DNA of 63,191 nt, counting the filler. It is 5 parts of 5 records of this genome, joined end to end, with 100 filler letters (N's around TTAATTAATTAA, not from the genome) between each part and the next. Parts side by side here need not be neighbours in the genome. Positions count along the whole stretch, not along the records: positions 7,435 to 16,589 come from SRR2962707_2560; positions 16,690 to 41,828 come from SRR2962707_2561; 3 more parts are not named here. One strand, 5' to 3'. A program made the translations under genes and the position numbers. This document shows, piece after piece, positions 9,844-20,613 of this stretch; positions within the stretch are counted from its first letter, which is position 1, and each line of letters opens with the position of its first letter. The notes beneath the pieces were generated by a model. The model had not been told where the DNA came from and ran no database searches. It saw nothing but the letters and a program-made list of their open reading frames with translations.

Positions 9844-10992
9844 ATGAAAAAGCCCGTCTATCTGGATTATGCGGCCACCACGCCCGTAGACCCTGCCGTT
9901 GCCGAAGAAATGGTCAAATACCTGACGCCTGATGGTGTGTTTGGCAACCCTGCCTCACGCTCCCATGGCTTTGGCTGGCAGGCCGAAGCCGCCGTTGAAG
10001 GTGCTCGCCGTCAGGTGGCCAGTCTGATCCATGCAGACCCACGTGAGATTGTGTGGACGTCCGGCGCTACCGAGTCCGACAACCTCGCCATCAAGGGTGC
10101 TGTTACAGGCAAGAACAATCCGCACATTGTGACATCGATGATTGAACACAAGGCGGTGCTTGATACCTGCAAGTGGCTTGAAGGGCAGGGTGTTGAGGTG
10201 ACCTGGCTGAAACCGGGCGCGGACGGGCGGGTGTCCTGTCAACAGGTTGAAGATGCGCTCCGGGACAATACCGCTTTGGTCAGCCTGATGATGGTCAACA
10301 ATGAACTGGGTAGCCAAACGGATATCGCCGCCATCGGTACCATGCTTCGCGAACGCGGTGTGCTGTTTCATGTGGACGCGGCGCAGGCGGCTGGCAAGAC
10401 CGAGGTGGATGTGGGAGCCATGCCAGTGGATCTGTTGTCCTTGTCGGGGCACAAGGTATACGGGCCCAAGGGTATTGGCGCCCTCTATGTGCGGCGTTCT
10501 CCGGACGTGCGAATTGAATCGCAGATTCATGGCGGTGGTCATGAGCGGGGCATGCGTTCCGGCACACTACCTACGCACCAAATCGTCGGCATGGGCAAAG
10601 CCTTTGATCTGGCCGGCGAAAAACTCGAGCAGGAGAAGACGCGGCTGGAATCCCTGCGGAAGCGTTTCATGTCGGGCCTTGAAGGTCTTGAGGGCGTGAC
10701 GCTTAACGGCAGTGCCGAACATCGGGTGCCGGGTATCATCAACCTCTCGTTTGCCGGTGTCGATGCGGAATCCCTGATGCTGGGATTGCGTGAATTGGCG
10801 GTTTCGTCTGGTTCGGCCTGTTCTTCGGCCACTATTGAGCCTTCGTTTGTACTCAAGGGCATTGGGCTGGATGATGAGCAGGCGCATCGAGCTCTCCGGT
10901 TTTCCTTTGGACGCTTTTCGACGGAAGAGGAGGCAGACTTCGCAGCGGCGCAAATCGTTGACGTTGTAACCCGTCTCCGTTCAGTGCGGTAG
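9844..10992 (+). CDS. iscS: Cysteine desulfurase IscS
   Basis: [28 protein letters not shown] (PLP Lys), SSGSACSS catalytic Cys. Confidence 0.95.
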   Translation: MKKPVYLDYAATTPVDPAVAEEMVKYLTPDGVFGNPASRSHGFGWQAEAAVEGARRQVASLIHADPREIVWTSGATESDNLAIKGAVTGKNNPHIVTSMIEHKAVLDTCKWLEGQGVEVTWLKPGADGRVSCQQVEDALRDNTALVSLMMVNNELGSQTDIAAIGTMLRERGVLFHVDAAQAAGKTEVDVGAMPVDLLSLSGHKVYGPKGIGALYVRRSPDVRIESQIHGGGHERGMRSGTLPTHQIVGMGKAFDLAGEKLEQEKTRLESLRKRFMSGLEGLEGVTLNGSAEHRVPGIINLSFAGVDAESLMLGLRELAVSSGSACSSATIEPSFVLKGIGLDDEQAHRALRFSFGRFSTEEEADFAAAQIVDVVTRLRSVR

Positions 10993-11059
10993 GCAGTTGC
11001 CTCCGGACTGCGTATAATCCCAACCCTGAAATTTTTCTGAACCTGAATGGAGATAGATC

Positions 11060-11488
11060 ATGTCAAATGAGCGCACGCTCTCGATTATCAAGCCCGATGC
11101 AGTCGCAAAAAATGTGATCGGCGAAATCTACACACGCTTCGAAAAAGCGGACCTGACCATCGTCGCTGCGAAAATGATGCACCTGACCCAGGAGCAGGCA
11201 GAAGGGTTCTACGCCGAGCACAAGGAGCGCCCGTTTTTCAATGATCTGGTTGCGTTCATGACCTCCGGCCCTGTGGTTGTTCAGGTTCTGGAAGGCAATG
11301 GTGCTATCCTGAAGAATCGTGACCTGATGGGAGCAACCAACCCCAAGGAAGCGGAAGCAGGCACCATTCGTGCCGACTTTGCATCTTCAATTGACGCAAA
11401 CGCTGTTCATGGTTCAGATTCCGCCGCGTCAGCTGAGCGCGAAATTGCGTATTTCTTTAATGATAGTGAGATCTGCCCGCGCGGCTGA
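11060..11488 (+). CDS. ndk: Nucleoside diphosphate kinase
   Basis: [27 protein letters not shown]. Confidence 0.98.
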   Translation: MSNERTLSIIKPDAVAKNVIGEIYTRFEKADLTIVAAKMMHLTQEQAEGFYAEHKERPFFNDLVAFMTSGPVVVQVLEGNGAILKNRDLMGATNPKEAEAGTIRADFASSIDANAVHGSDSAASAEREIAYFFNDSEICPRG

Positions 11489-11499
11489 TCAGGCTGTAT

Positions 11500-11523
11500 C
11501 GGGCCGGACATACGTCCGGCCCG
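11500..11523 (+). terminator. GC-rich hairpin after ndk
   Basis: CGGGCCGGAC-ATAC-GTCCGGCCCG; weak U-tract. Confidence 0.5.
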
Positions 11524-11550
11524 TATTGGTTATTTGATTGAGGTTATGAA

Positions 11551-12663
11551 ATGACAGCTGTTGCTGAGAAAACCAACCTTCTGGGAATGCCCAAGGCCAA
11601 AATGGAGGCCTTTTTTGAATCCCTGGGGGAGAAACGTTTCCGCGCAACACAGGTGCTGCAATGGATTCACCAGCGCGGGGCCGATGACTTCGATCAAATG
11701 ACCAATATGAGTCGGGTGCTGCGGGAAAAGCTGAAGGCCGTTGCGGAAATTCGTGGGCCGGAGGTGGTGTACGACGAGTCCTCCAAAGACGGTACTCGCA
11801 AATGGGTCATGCGCATGGACAACGGCAACAGTGTTGAAACCGTGCTCATACCTGACGGCGAGCGCGGCACGCTGTGCGTATCGTCGCAGATTGGCTGCAG
11901 CCTCGATTGCACGTTTTGTTCGACGGGCAAGCGTGGATTTAACCGCAATCTTACCGCTGCCGAAATCATCGGGCAGGTCTGGGTTGCGCGTAAGGCGTTC
12001 ATGCCATTTGAACCCGGCCCGGACCGCCCGATTACCAATGTGGTAATGATGGGGATGGGTGAGCCGTTGCTGAACTTCGACAACGTTGTCGATGCCATGA
12101 ACCTGATGATGGAGGACCTGGCGTACGGCATTTCCAAGCGACGTGTCACCGTCAGCACCTCTGGGGTGGTTCCGGCACTGGACAAATTGGGTGAAGTTAC
12201 CGATGTTTCACTGGCCATTTCGCTCCATGCGCCCAATGATGAGTTGCGTAACCAGTTGGTGCCGTTGAATAAAAAGTACCCTATTGCGGAGTTGCTGGCA
12301 GCGACGCGTCGTTATCTTGCACGTCTGCCTGACAAGCGGAAGGCAACCATTGAGTACACGGTCATCGAAGGCGTTAATGATCAGCCTGAGCACGCCAGGG
12401 AACTCGCTGTTGTTCTTCGCGGCCTGCCGTGCAAGATTAACCTGATTCCGTTCAATCCGTTTCCCGAGAGCGATTTTCGCCGTCCCAGTAACAACGCGAC
12501 CCGCCGTTTCCAGGCAGTCCTGAACGAGGCCGGCTTTATCGCCACGGTGAGAACCACTCGGGGTGATGATATCGATGCAGCCTGTGGTCAGCTGGTAGGG
12601 ATGGTGGAAGACCGCACCAAGCGTAGTCAGCGTTATATCCAGGTGCAGCAGGTCAGTCCGTAA
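11551..12663 (+). CDS. rlmN: Dual-specificity RNA methyltransferase RlmN
   Basis: Radical-SAM [31 protein letters not shown]. Confidence 0.97.
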   Translation: MTAVAEKTNLLGMPKAKMEAFFESLGEKRFRATQVLQWIHQRGADDFDQMTNMSRVLREKLKAVAEIRGPEVVYDESSKDGTRKWVMRMDNGNSVETVLIPDGERGTLCVSSQIGCSLDCTFCSTGKRGFNRNLTAAEIIGQVWVARKAFMPFEPGPDRPITNVVMMGMGEPLLNFDNVVDAMNLMMEDLAYGISKRRVTVSTSGVVPALDKLGEVTDVSLAISLHAPNDELRNQLVPLNKKYPIAELLAATRRYLARLPDKRKATIEYTVIEGVNDQPEHARELAVVLRGLPCKINLIPFNPFPESDFRRPSNNATRRFQAVLNEAGFIATVRTTRGDDIDAACGQLVGMVEDRTKRSQRYIQVQQVSP

Positions 12664-12676
12664 ACCCGGTGCCGAT

Positions 12677-13516
12677 ATGCACCTTCCAATTCAAGAGGAA
12701 TTGCCGACTGTGACATTTATTCCAGTGAAAAGGATGCGAGCTGCGCTTGTCGTGGTATTGCTGGCGATGTTTGTCGCAGGGTGTGTGACCAATACCGATA
12801 GCCGGTTTGCCCGCGAGGCAGATCGCGACAAGGCCGTCAGGAATTATGTCCAGTTGGGTACCGCCTACATCGGCCAGAATAATCTCGAAAGAGCCCGGCA
12901 TCACCTTGAACGAGCGCTAGAATTGTCTCCCGATGACCCCGGGGCGCTGGCAGCCATGGGGCTGATCTATAACGCCGAGGGCGAACCGGAACTGGCTGAG
13001 CGGTCGTTCCGGGAGTCACTCGATAGTGATCAGGGCTATACCCGCGGGCGTGTTTATTATGGTGCCTTCCTGTACGGTGCGGGCCGATTCGAGGACTCCC
13101 GTGAACAGTTTCTGGCCGCGTCCAGGGATACGTCCTACAACGACAGGGCATCCGTGTTTTTCAACCTCGGATTGACGGAAGAGAGAATTGGCAACCTTGA
13201 GGGCGCCACGACGGCGTACCGGCGCGCCGTTGAATTATCCCGTGGTGATGCAAAGTCACTGCTTGCGCTGTCACGGACGTTGGTCGAATCCGGAGAGCTC
13301 CAGGCCGCCTCTCGTCACTACGGCCGCCTGATGACGTTGATGCAACGGAACCAGAATCTCCGCCATTCTCCTGAAAGTCTTTTTACCGGCATCCGCATTG
13401 CCCGGCATCAGGGCGACAGGAACCGGGAATCGAGTCTTGCGCTCCAACTGAAGAACAATTTTCCAAACTCTGTCGAATACCAACAATACAGGGTGATGAC
13501 ATCCAATGGACAGTGA
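12677..13516 (+). CDS. pilW: Type IV pilus biogenesis/stability lipoprotein PilW (PilF)
   Basis: Lipobox VAGC, TPR repeats, conserved rlmN-pilW-rodZ-ispG synteny; true start is probably GTG 12710 or later. Confidence 0.88.
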   Translation: MHLPIQEELPTVTFIPVKRMRAALVVVLLAMFVAGCVTNTDSRFAREADRDKAVRNYVQLGTAYIGQNNLERARHHLERALELSPDDPGALAAMGLIYNAEGEPELAERSFRESLDSDQGYTRGRVYYGAFLYGAGRFEDSREQFLAASRDTSYNDRASVFFNLGLTEERIGNLEGATTAYRRAVELSRGDAKSLLALSRTLVESGELQAASRHYGRLMTLMQRNQNLRHSPESLFTGIRIARHQGDRNRESSLALQLKNNFPNSVEYQQYRVMTSNGQ

Positions 13517-14564
13517 TGACGCACAACAACCGTCGGGCCTGAGTGAGCCTACGGGCCAGTTGCTCAAACGTGCGCGTGAGCAGAAGGGGCTCAGTGTTTC
13601 CGCCGTGGCCGATGCCCAGCATCTTCGCCCGGCGATAATACAGGCGATAGAGGACGGGCATTATGAACAGATCGACAGTGAACTGTTCCTTAAAGGCTAT
13701 GTCAGAACCTACGCACGACAGGTTGACCTTGATCCGGATGCGGTGATCGCGACGCTGGATGAGGAGCTCGAACCGCTACGACAGCAAAAAGTGCAGGCAG
13801 AAGAAGCGAATCCGCTGATTGATATCGAGCGTCGCAGGCGTCGCAAGCGCCGCGTTGCAAAGTTTCTGCTTCTCCTGCTGGCCATAGCAGTAATTGCCTT
13901 TCTCGCATTGCGCTTTATGGGCGAATTGGACGGTATAACAGGCGACACGACGGAACCGGCTGTGTCCTCGGAAACGGCTGCTCCCGCGCAGCCTGAACCG
14001 TCCGAAGAGACGGTGTCGGTGGACGACACTGTCGATACCGAGTTAGCCGAGCCTGGAACCGAGGAAGAGGCCGATAGGCTATCCGCGCCGGTTGATGAAG
14101 CGTCGATCGTTGAGGACAATAGCGAGTTGGCAGAGCTGCCTGAGGACCCTCAGGTGAATGAGCAGGTCTCTGGCTCTCCGGCCCCGACGGTTGAAGACGA
14201 TTCCGCTCCGGCTGCGCAACCTGCTGTCGATGAGATTGATGAGAGCCAGGTTCCGGTGGTGACCAGTGAGCCGGAGCCAGCGTTTCAGGAGAGCGCCCAG
14301 CCAACGGCTGCCGTCGGCAGCGCTCGCCTGGAAATGACATTCAGCGATGAGTGCTGGGTTCAGGTAACCGATTCGGCGGGCAATCGCCTGGTGGGATCCC
14401 TGCAACGGGATGGTGACAGGATTAATGTATCAGGCAGGCTGCCCATCGACGTTGTTGTCGGCGCAGTCGATGCCATCGAATCTATAAGATTTGATGGCCA
14501 ACCGATTGACCTTTCCGGTTATCGGGTCGTCAACAACCGAGCAGAATTCTCGCTGGATATCTGA
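13506..14564 (+). CDS. rodZ: Cytoskeleton protein RodZ
   Basis: N-terminal HTH ([11 protein letters not shown]), basic stretch plus TM helix, acidic linker, C-terminal 'CWVQVTD' domain. Confidence 0.9.
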   Translation: MDSDDAQQPSGLSEPTGQLLKRAREQKGLSVSAVADAQHLRPAIIQAIEDGHYEQIDSELFLKGYVRTYARQVDLDPDAVIATLDEELEPLRQQKVQAEEANPLIDIERRRRRKRRVAKFLLLLLAIAVIAFLALRFMGELDGITGDTTEPAVSSETAAPAQPEPSEETVSVDDTVDTELAEPGTEEEADRLSAPVDEASIVEDNSELAELPEDPQVNEQVSGSPAPTVEDDSAPAAQPAVDEIDESQVPVVTSEPEPAFQESAQPTAAVGSARLEMTFSDECWVQVTDSAGNRLVGSLQRDGDRINVSGRLPIDVVVGAVDAIESIRFDGQPIDLSGYRVVNNRAEFSLDI

Positions 14565-14599
14565 ACGTTTCGAACCCTCTTTTGCGGTTAGCAGGCTAT

Positions 14600-15718
14600 A
14601 TGAATCACGAATCTCCGATCAAAAGACGCAAATCACGCCAGATAATGGTAGGCGATGTTCCCGTGGGTGGCGATGCGCCTATTGCTGTCCAGAGCATGAC
14701 CAACACCAACACCTGTGACGTGGATGCAACCGTTGGCCAGATCCGCGCCCTGCAGGAGGCTGGAGCGGACATTGTGCGGGTATCCGTGCCTACAATGGAT
14801 GCTGCGGAAGCGTTCGGCAAGATTCGCTCAATGGTGTCGGTACCATTGGTGGCTGACATCCATTTCGATCACCGAATTGCTCTGCGGGTGGCGGAACTGG
14901 GTGTTGATTGTCTTCGTATCAACCCGGGTAATATCGGTCGGGATGACCGTGTCAGCGCCGTGATCAGCGCCGCGCGGGATGGCAATATCCCGATTCGTAT
15001 TGGCGTCAACGCAGGCTCGCTGGAAAAGGCACTGCAGCGTAAGTACGGGGAACCGACACCCGAGGCTCTGGTTGAGTCGGCCATGCGCCATATCGACATT
15101 CTCGACCGTCATGATTTTCAGGACTTCAAGGTGAGCCTGAAGGCCTCAGAGGTCTTCATGACGGTGGCGGCATATCGTCAGATTGCTGCACAGATAGAAC
15201 AACCCCTGCATTTGGGCATTACCGAGGCCGGTGGCCTTCGCTCCGGGACAGTGAAGTCCTCTGTTGGCCTGGGCATGCTGCTGATGGACGGCATTGGGGA
15301 TACCATCAGAGTATCGCTCGCGGCAGACCCGGTGCAGGAAATCAAGGTCGGCTACGATATTCTCAAAAGCTTGCGCCTGCGCAGCCGGGGTATCAACTTC
15401 GTCGCGTGCCCAAGCTGCTCACGCCAGAATTTCGATGTCATCCAGACCATGAATGACCTTGAGGCTCGTCTGGAGGACGTCAACGAGTCCCTGGATGTTG
15501 CCATCATTGGCTGTATTGTAAACGGGCCGGGCGAGGCCAAGGTTGCTGACCTGGGCTTGACCGGCGGCAGCCCCAAGAACCTGTTCTACGCGTCGGGCAA
15601 GCCTAATCAGAAGCTCGACAATGCCAACCTGACCGACGACCTGGAACGGCTGATCCGTGAGGAAGTGGCGCGTCGCAAGGAAAAGGAAGAAGCGATCATT
15701 ACCCGCTCGGCCGACTGA
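14600..15718 (+). CDS. ispG: 4-hydroxy-3-methylbut-2-en-1-yl diphosphate synthase
   Basis: [35 protein letters not shown]. Confidence 0.98.
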   Translation: MNHESPIKRRKSRQIMVGDVPVGGDAPIAVQSMTNTNTCDVDATVGQIRALQEAGADIVRVSVPTMDAAEAFGKIRSMVSVPLVADIHFDHRIALRVAELGVDCLRINPGNIGRDDRVSAVISAARDGNIPIRIGVNAGSLEKALQRKYGEPTPEALVESAMRHIDILDRHDFQDFKVSLKASEVFMTVAAYRQIAAQIEQPLHLGITEAGGLRSGTVKSSVGLGMLLMDGIGDTIRVSLAADPVQEIKVGYDILKSLRLRSRGINFVACPSCSRQNFDVIQTMNDLEARLEDVNESLDVAIIGCIVNGPGEAKVADLGLTGGSPKNLFYASGKPNQKLDNANLTDDLERLIREEVARRKEKEEAIITRSAD

Positions 15719-15758
15719 GAGCAGATCGTCAAATCACCGACACAGATAAGGTAGTAAC

Positions 15759-16589
15759 TTGGCTAAGATCCAGGCAATCCGCGGGATGAACGATATCCTG
15801 CCAGAGCAGACGCCGGTGTGGCAGTTTGTGGAAGACACGGTCAGGAAAGTGCTTTCCCAGTACGGTTATCAGGAAATTCGCATGCCGGTGGTTGAGCAGA
15901 CTGACCTGTTCAAGCGCTCTATTGGCGAAGTGACAGATATCGTTGAGAAAGAGATGTACACCTTTGAGGATCGCAACGGTGACAGCCTGACCCTGCGCCC
16001 CGAAGGTACGGCCGGCTGCGTGCGTGCCGCCGAAGAACACGGTCTGCTTTTTAATCAGACCCGCCGGCTTTGGTACACCGGCCCCATGTTTCGTCATGAG
16101 CGCCCCCAAAAAGGCCGTTACCGTCAGTTCCACCAGATCGGCGTGGAATGTTTTGGCATGACCGGCCCGGATATTGATGCTGAGCTCCTCGTGTTGACGG
16201 CCAGGCTCTGGCGCGCGCTAGGACTGAGTGAACACACCCGCCTGGAAATCAATTCCATAGGTACGTCTGCTGCCCGTCGGGAATACCGCGAGGCGCTGGT
16301 CGCGTACCTCTCGGATTACCGGGAGCAGTTGGACGAAGACAGCCAACGGCGTCTTGGCTCGAACCCGCTACGCATTCTGGACAGCAAGAACCCGGATACC
16401 CAGAGACTTCTGGTGGACGCGCCTCGTCTGGATGATTACCTCGACGACGAGTCTCGGGATCATTTTCGGCAACTGCGCTCGTTGCTGGACGCGGCTGGCA
16501 TTGAGTATACGGTGAATCCAAAGCTGGTTCGCGGGCTCGACTATTATGGCAAAACTGTATTCGAGTGGATTACCGACAGCCTGGGTGCC
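15759..16589 (+). CDS. hisS: Histidine--tRNA ligase (3' truncated by spacer)
   Basis: [31 protein letters not shown]. Confidence 0.97.
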
Positions 16590-16689
16590 NNNNNNNNNNN
16601 NNNNNNNNNNNNNNNNNNNNNNNNNNNNNNNNNTTAATTAATTAANNNNNNNNNNNNNNNNNNNNNNNNNNNNNNNNNNNNNNNNNNNN
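16590..16689. other. Artificial contig spacer
   Basis: N-run + TTAATTAATTAA + N-run. Confidence 0.99.
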
Positions 16690-17157
16690 ATTCTGGCGCA
16701 TGGCGGTGGAGAAATTCATGCGTTCGGACGAATGATGGACTACATGGGCGGCCCAGAACCAGCGCATGCGGTGGCTGGCACGGTGCATCCAGTAGAAACA
16801 GAAATCCACGCCGAGAAAGGTCAGAAATCCGGTCGCCCAGTTCAGCTCCAGTTCCAGCCAGCGATAGTGATAGCAGAGCGCGTAGACGGGAAAGGCGATC
16901 AGGCCGGCAAAAAGTAGCTCCGTAACCTGGTAGCCGGCACCGAGGGCGAAGTTGCGAATAGCCTCCGGCACGTTCATCAACCGTGGGTCATGCCGTATCT
17001 TCAGGTATTCCCACAAGGTAACTGCAATGAACACGGGGGTGGCGATGACGAAAATCAGCTGTCGTTCGTCAAGAGCCAGCCAGGGGGCCAGGAACTGCCA
17101 GAGGCTGATCAGCCCGCTGTCTTCCAGCACTGTCCGCATCATGTCGGTCAACACCAT
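16690..17157 (-). CDS. Sterol desaturase / fatty-acid hydroxylase family protein (3' truncated)
   Basis: His boxes 'DFCFYWMHRASH' and 'WAAHVVHHSS'. Confidence 0.88.
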
Positions 17158-17268
17158 GGCTGCTCCCCAAATTATTTTTGTTGGGAGTCATCATCTCACA
17201 GCGTCGGCTAAAGGCGATGTCCTATTGCGCCAGGGTTGCTGGCCTATTCCGCCACCGCCTGGCCAGCG

Positions 17269-18006
17269 TCACCGGTTCTGGCGATACACCGCGGCGATGG
17301 GATCGATGGCAGTCTGCCATTCGGATAGCCAGGCCTGCACAGGCTTCGGAACCCTGCCCGGCTTTGGCCATGGCACCGGGTACTCGGGCGGCTGGAACAA
17401 CGGCGCCAGCAGCGAGCAGGCAGTGAGATCGGCGCGGGTAAACTGATCGCCTACCAGGAACGGACGTTGCTGATAGATCTCGGCCAGTTCTTTAACCAGA
17501 GCCTCGAGGGTTGCCTGTGAGGTATCGGCGGTTTTCTGGTTGATCTTCATCCACTTGCGCATGATCTCATCAACCCGGCTGAAGGCCAGGCTGAGCAGGA
17601 TACGATTATAGAATGGTGTGCCCGCTGCCAGCATGGGTACCACTATTTTCGGGCGTTGCAGAAAATAGTGGTACACCCAGGTGCGCAGAGCGGGGCCGGC
17701 CTGTTCGTCCAGCTTCTGTTCCCATTCAAGAACCCTGGCCTGAAGGTCTGGATCCGCCGGCAATAAGGGCTTGTCTGGAAAGACCTTGTCGAGGTAATCC
17801 AGGATATGTCCGGAGCCCTGGATGATCTGGCCGTCGTGTTCGAGTACCGGTACAGACGACTCGGCCCCGGTCAGTTTGCGAATGGTGTTTACATGCTGGC
17901 CCGGGAGCAGGTTGACGGTCTGATAGTTGATGCCCTTGTAGTCCAGGGCCCAGCGCGCCTTTTCGCAGTAGTGCGAAATGCAGAACTGATAGAGTTTGAT
18001 CGCCAT
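17269..18006 (-). CDS. Glutathione S-transferase family protein
   Basis: SHYCEKARWALDYK, SVPVL, FTRADLT. Confidence 0.9.
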   Translation of the reverse strand: MAIKLYQFCISHYCEKARWALDYKGINYQTVNLLPGQHVNTIRKLTGAESSVPVLEHDGQIIQGSGHILDYLDKVFPDKPLLPADPDLQARVLEWEQKLDEQAGPALRTWVYHYFLQRPKIVVPMLAAGTPFYNRILLSLAFSRVDEIMRKWMKINQKTADTSQATLEALVKELAEIYQQRPFLVGDQFTRADLTACSLLAPLFQPPEYPVPWPKPGRVPKPVQAWLSEWQTAIDPIAAVYRQNR

Positions 18007-18115
18007 GGTGTTGCTCCGGATGTCTGGTAACTCAAGATTAACCTTTCTGTATGCGAATTCCCAAGATGGCAGGCGTAGAATGTAATGGTTATCTCACTAT
18101 CTATCAGGGGGTTAT

Positions 18116-18553
18116 ATGAGTCTTGCAAAGAACGTCATGGCGATGTTGCTGATTACCGGGTCGCTCTGGGGCTGCTCCCTCAATGCCGAGAAAGAGGGTG
18201 GAAAGCCCGGGTCGCTGGCCGGTAGCCAGTGGTTGGTGGAAGAGATTGATGGTGAGCCGGTGCTTGAGGGTAGTGAGGTTACCATCGGGTTCACCGATGA
18301 AGGGCGGGTGTTTGGCTCATCGTCCTGCAACCGTTACAACGGAGGCTGGCACATTCAGGGTCAAGAACTGGTGTTTTCCCAGATGGCCGCGACGCGAATG
18401 GCCTGCCCCGAGACCCTGATGCAGCAGGAAAACCGGTTTCTGAAACTGCTGGGCGACGTTCACGGGTATCAGTTCGCCGCAGATGGCCGTCTGGTGCTTG
18501 AGACCGGGCAGGGCGTTACCATCCTGGCCTCGCCAGCCGCTGAACAGGAGTAG
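18116..18553 (+). CDS. META domain lipoprotein (HslJ-like)
   Basis: Lipobox LWGC; GSSSCNRY, ATRMAC, MQQENRFL. Confidence 0.9.
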   Translation: MSLAKNVMAMLLITGSLWGCSLNAEKEGGKPGSLAGSQWLVEEIDGEPVLEGSEVTIGFTDEGRVFGSSSCNRYNGGWHIQGQELVFSQMAATRMACPETLMQQENRFLKLLGDVHGYQFAADGRLVLETGQGVTILASPAAEQE

Positions 18554-18676
18554 TTCCGGTCGCCTTGGCGATGACGTGACACAGATACGCTTCTGCCTCA
18601 GCGCTTTGCCTCGATCGTGGTGAATCCAGGATGGAATCTCTACAATGGCGACTTGTAGTCTGGAACAACAGAGGAT

Positions 18677-19660
18677 GTGTTCATGTTTTTGCGACAAGGT
18701 GTATCGCTGTCTGTCGTGGTTCTTGCGGGTGCACTGATCAGTGCCTGTGTCTCCAGCCCGACGAAAACGGGCCTGTCGGAGTTTGGCCGTTACCAGTGTG
18801 GCCAGCTCGAAGTTACGGTCACCAGCTCCGGTGACGACGAACTGGTAGGGCTGGAATACCTGAATCGCCGGGTTCTGCTCAAGCCGGCCGAGAGCGCCTC
18901 CGGCGCCTTGTTTGTCGCGCCCGGCGACCCGGATACCCGGTTCTGGAGCAAGGGGGAGCGGGCATCGCTGAGCCTGCGTGGCGAGACGCTTCCCGAGTGC
19001 CTGGAGCCGGGCGCCATTGAATCCTCGTTTCGTGGGATAGGCACGGAACCGTTCTGGTCTGTTGTCATCGAGAATGGCCAGATGCGGCTGACCCGTCCTT
19101 ACGACCAGCAAGTCACCGAAGATATCCGCCTGAACGAGATTCTTGCCAATCGTCATGGTCGCGCCTATGAAGCCACGCTGGGTGACGAGCGGATGGAAGT
19201 GCGGATCGCTCATCAGTTGTGTGAAGACCAGATGGCCGGTGCTCAGTATCCGGCTCAGGTGCGTCTGACACTCGGCGATGAGACGTTTGAGGGTTGTGGC
19301 GGGGATCGTCAGCGACTGTTCCGGGGTGCCGAATGGGTGGTGGAAGACCTTGCCGGTGCCGGCATTATTGACCGCTCCAGAATGACCCTGAGGTTTCTGG
19401 CGGACAACCGGGTAGCTGGCCGGGCTTCCTGTAATCGCTATATGGGAAGTTATAACCTGACGGGAGAAGGGCTGTCCTTCAGTCTCCAGGCCACCACCAT
19501 GATGGCCTGTGCGCCGGCGTTGATGAATCAGGAAAGGCGTTTCCTGGAGCTGCTGGAAGAGGTAACGGATGGCCGGATCGGCCGGCATGGTGAATTGCTG
19601 CTGCAAACACCCGCTGGCGATACCATAAAGGCTTTTCAGTCTGAGGTGGAAAGCCCGTAG
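18677..19660 (+). CDS. Lipoprotein with MliC-like, COG3650-like and META domains
   Basis: Lipobox ISAC; SASGALF...FWSKG (MliC), GTEPFW, GRASCNRY...TMMAC (META). Confidence 0.85.
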   Translation: MFMFLRQGVSLSVVVLAGALISACVSSPTKTGLSEFGRYQCGQLEVTVTSSGDDELVGLEYLNRRVLLKPAESASGALFVAPGDPDTRFWSKGERASLSLRGETLPECLEPGAIESSFRGIGTEPFWSVVIENGQMRLTRPYDQQVTEDIRLNEILANRHGRAYEATLGDERMEVRIAHQLCEDQMAGAQYPAQVRLTLGDETFEGCGGDRQRLFRGAEWVVEDLAGAGIIDRSRMTLRFLADNRVAGRASCNRYMGSYNLTGEGLSFSLQATTMMACAPALMNQERRFLELLEEVTDGRIGRHGELLLQTPAGDTIKAFQSEVESP

Positions 19661-20469
19661 GACGCCTTGATCACGTCCAGACGGCCAGTTTCAGCCAGCC
19701 TGGCCAGACCTGCATCCAGTAGTCTGGCCAGTTCCTCCGATCTTGAGTTGCCAGCCGAGAAGGCGATGTAGACGGGGGCCTGGTGGGCGATCCCGGCCAG
19801 TCTTGGAGGTGGATATCCTGAATGCTCCCGCAAAAACCAGCTCATGACCGCCTGGTCTTCGGCGAAGGTATCGGTACGTTCCTGTGCCAGTAGTCTGAGG
19901 GCTCGCCCGAGGGGCGCTGCTCCGGAGAGGACCCACACTCGTTCGGGATCATCGGTATAGTCTGCAATATAACGATCCAGCTCCGGAGAGTAGGAGTAAC
20001 CGTTGATCACCAGCAGGGTTTTTCCGTTAAGCGACTCCAGACCCCGGTATTGCCATTGACTCTCCGGATGCGTGTACAAGCCGATACGGGCGGTGCCCAT
20101 GGGGCGCTCCGGAAAGACAAAGTCCGGGGCGTCGCCTTTCAGGGCGCCGATAACGCCATCAATCCGGTTCTCCCGGGCCAGGCTCAGGGAACGGGCCCAG
20201 CCATAGTTTCTGTACTCAACGTCAAAGCCGGATGCGGCAAAAATCTCCCGTGCAATATCCACCATATAACCTTCCTCCGGCGCACCAGCCCGGCAGTTAT
20301 GGGGGCACCAGGGGTCGGCGGCGAGAATGATCCGGTGTTGATCAGGGTGGGGGGCAGGTTGCTGACGCGTGGCGCTTTCCGTGGCTTCATGCCGCCCTGG
20401 TTCTGTAGCCTCATCGGGTGAGCAGGCGGCCATCAACAGGGCCAGGATGAGCAACGGGAATCTGGGCAT
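19636..20469 (-). CDS. Substrate-binding periplasmic lipoprotein (family 3)
   Basis: Lipobox MAAC; ADPWCP, GYMVDIAREIF, WARSL. Confidence 0.8.
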   Translation of the reverse strand: MPRFPLLILALLMAACSPDEATEPGRHEATESATRQQPAPHPDQHRIILAADPWCPHNCRAGAPEEGYMVDIAREIFAASGFDVEYRNYGWARSLSLARENRIDGVIGALKGDAPDFVFPERPMGTARIGLYTHPESQWQYRGLESLNGKTLLVINGYSYSPELDRYIADYTDDPERVWVLSGAAPLGRALRLLAQERTDTFAEDQAVMSWFLREHSGYPPPRLAGIAHQAPVYIAFSAGNSRSEELARLLDAGLARLAETGRLDVIKASYGLSTSD

Positions 20470-20613
20470 GAGCGGACTGGGTCACGGTAATCTGCGAAGG
20501 TGCATTTTCATAGTATACCCTTGCGTACTATTTGCAATAACAGGTTCGGCACTGTCAACGGACTGAAGCATTCCTGGCGCACACTGTCAGCAGCCGTTGC
20601 CAGAGAGCCTGAA

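Noticed and set aside
18078-18100. Fur box upstream of the META lipoprotein
   Set aside because: Only a partial GATAACCATTAC match and no iron-related context.
18317-19606. Long antisense ORFs (e.g. 18317-19606, 46623-47612, 51486-52472, 54955-55899, 60826-62001, 62088-62819)
   Set aside because: They are shadows of well-supported genes on the other strand in GC-rich DNA and carry no recognisable motifs.
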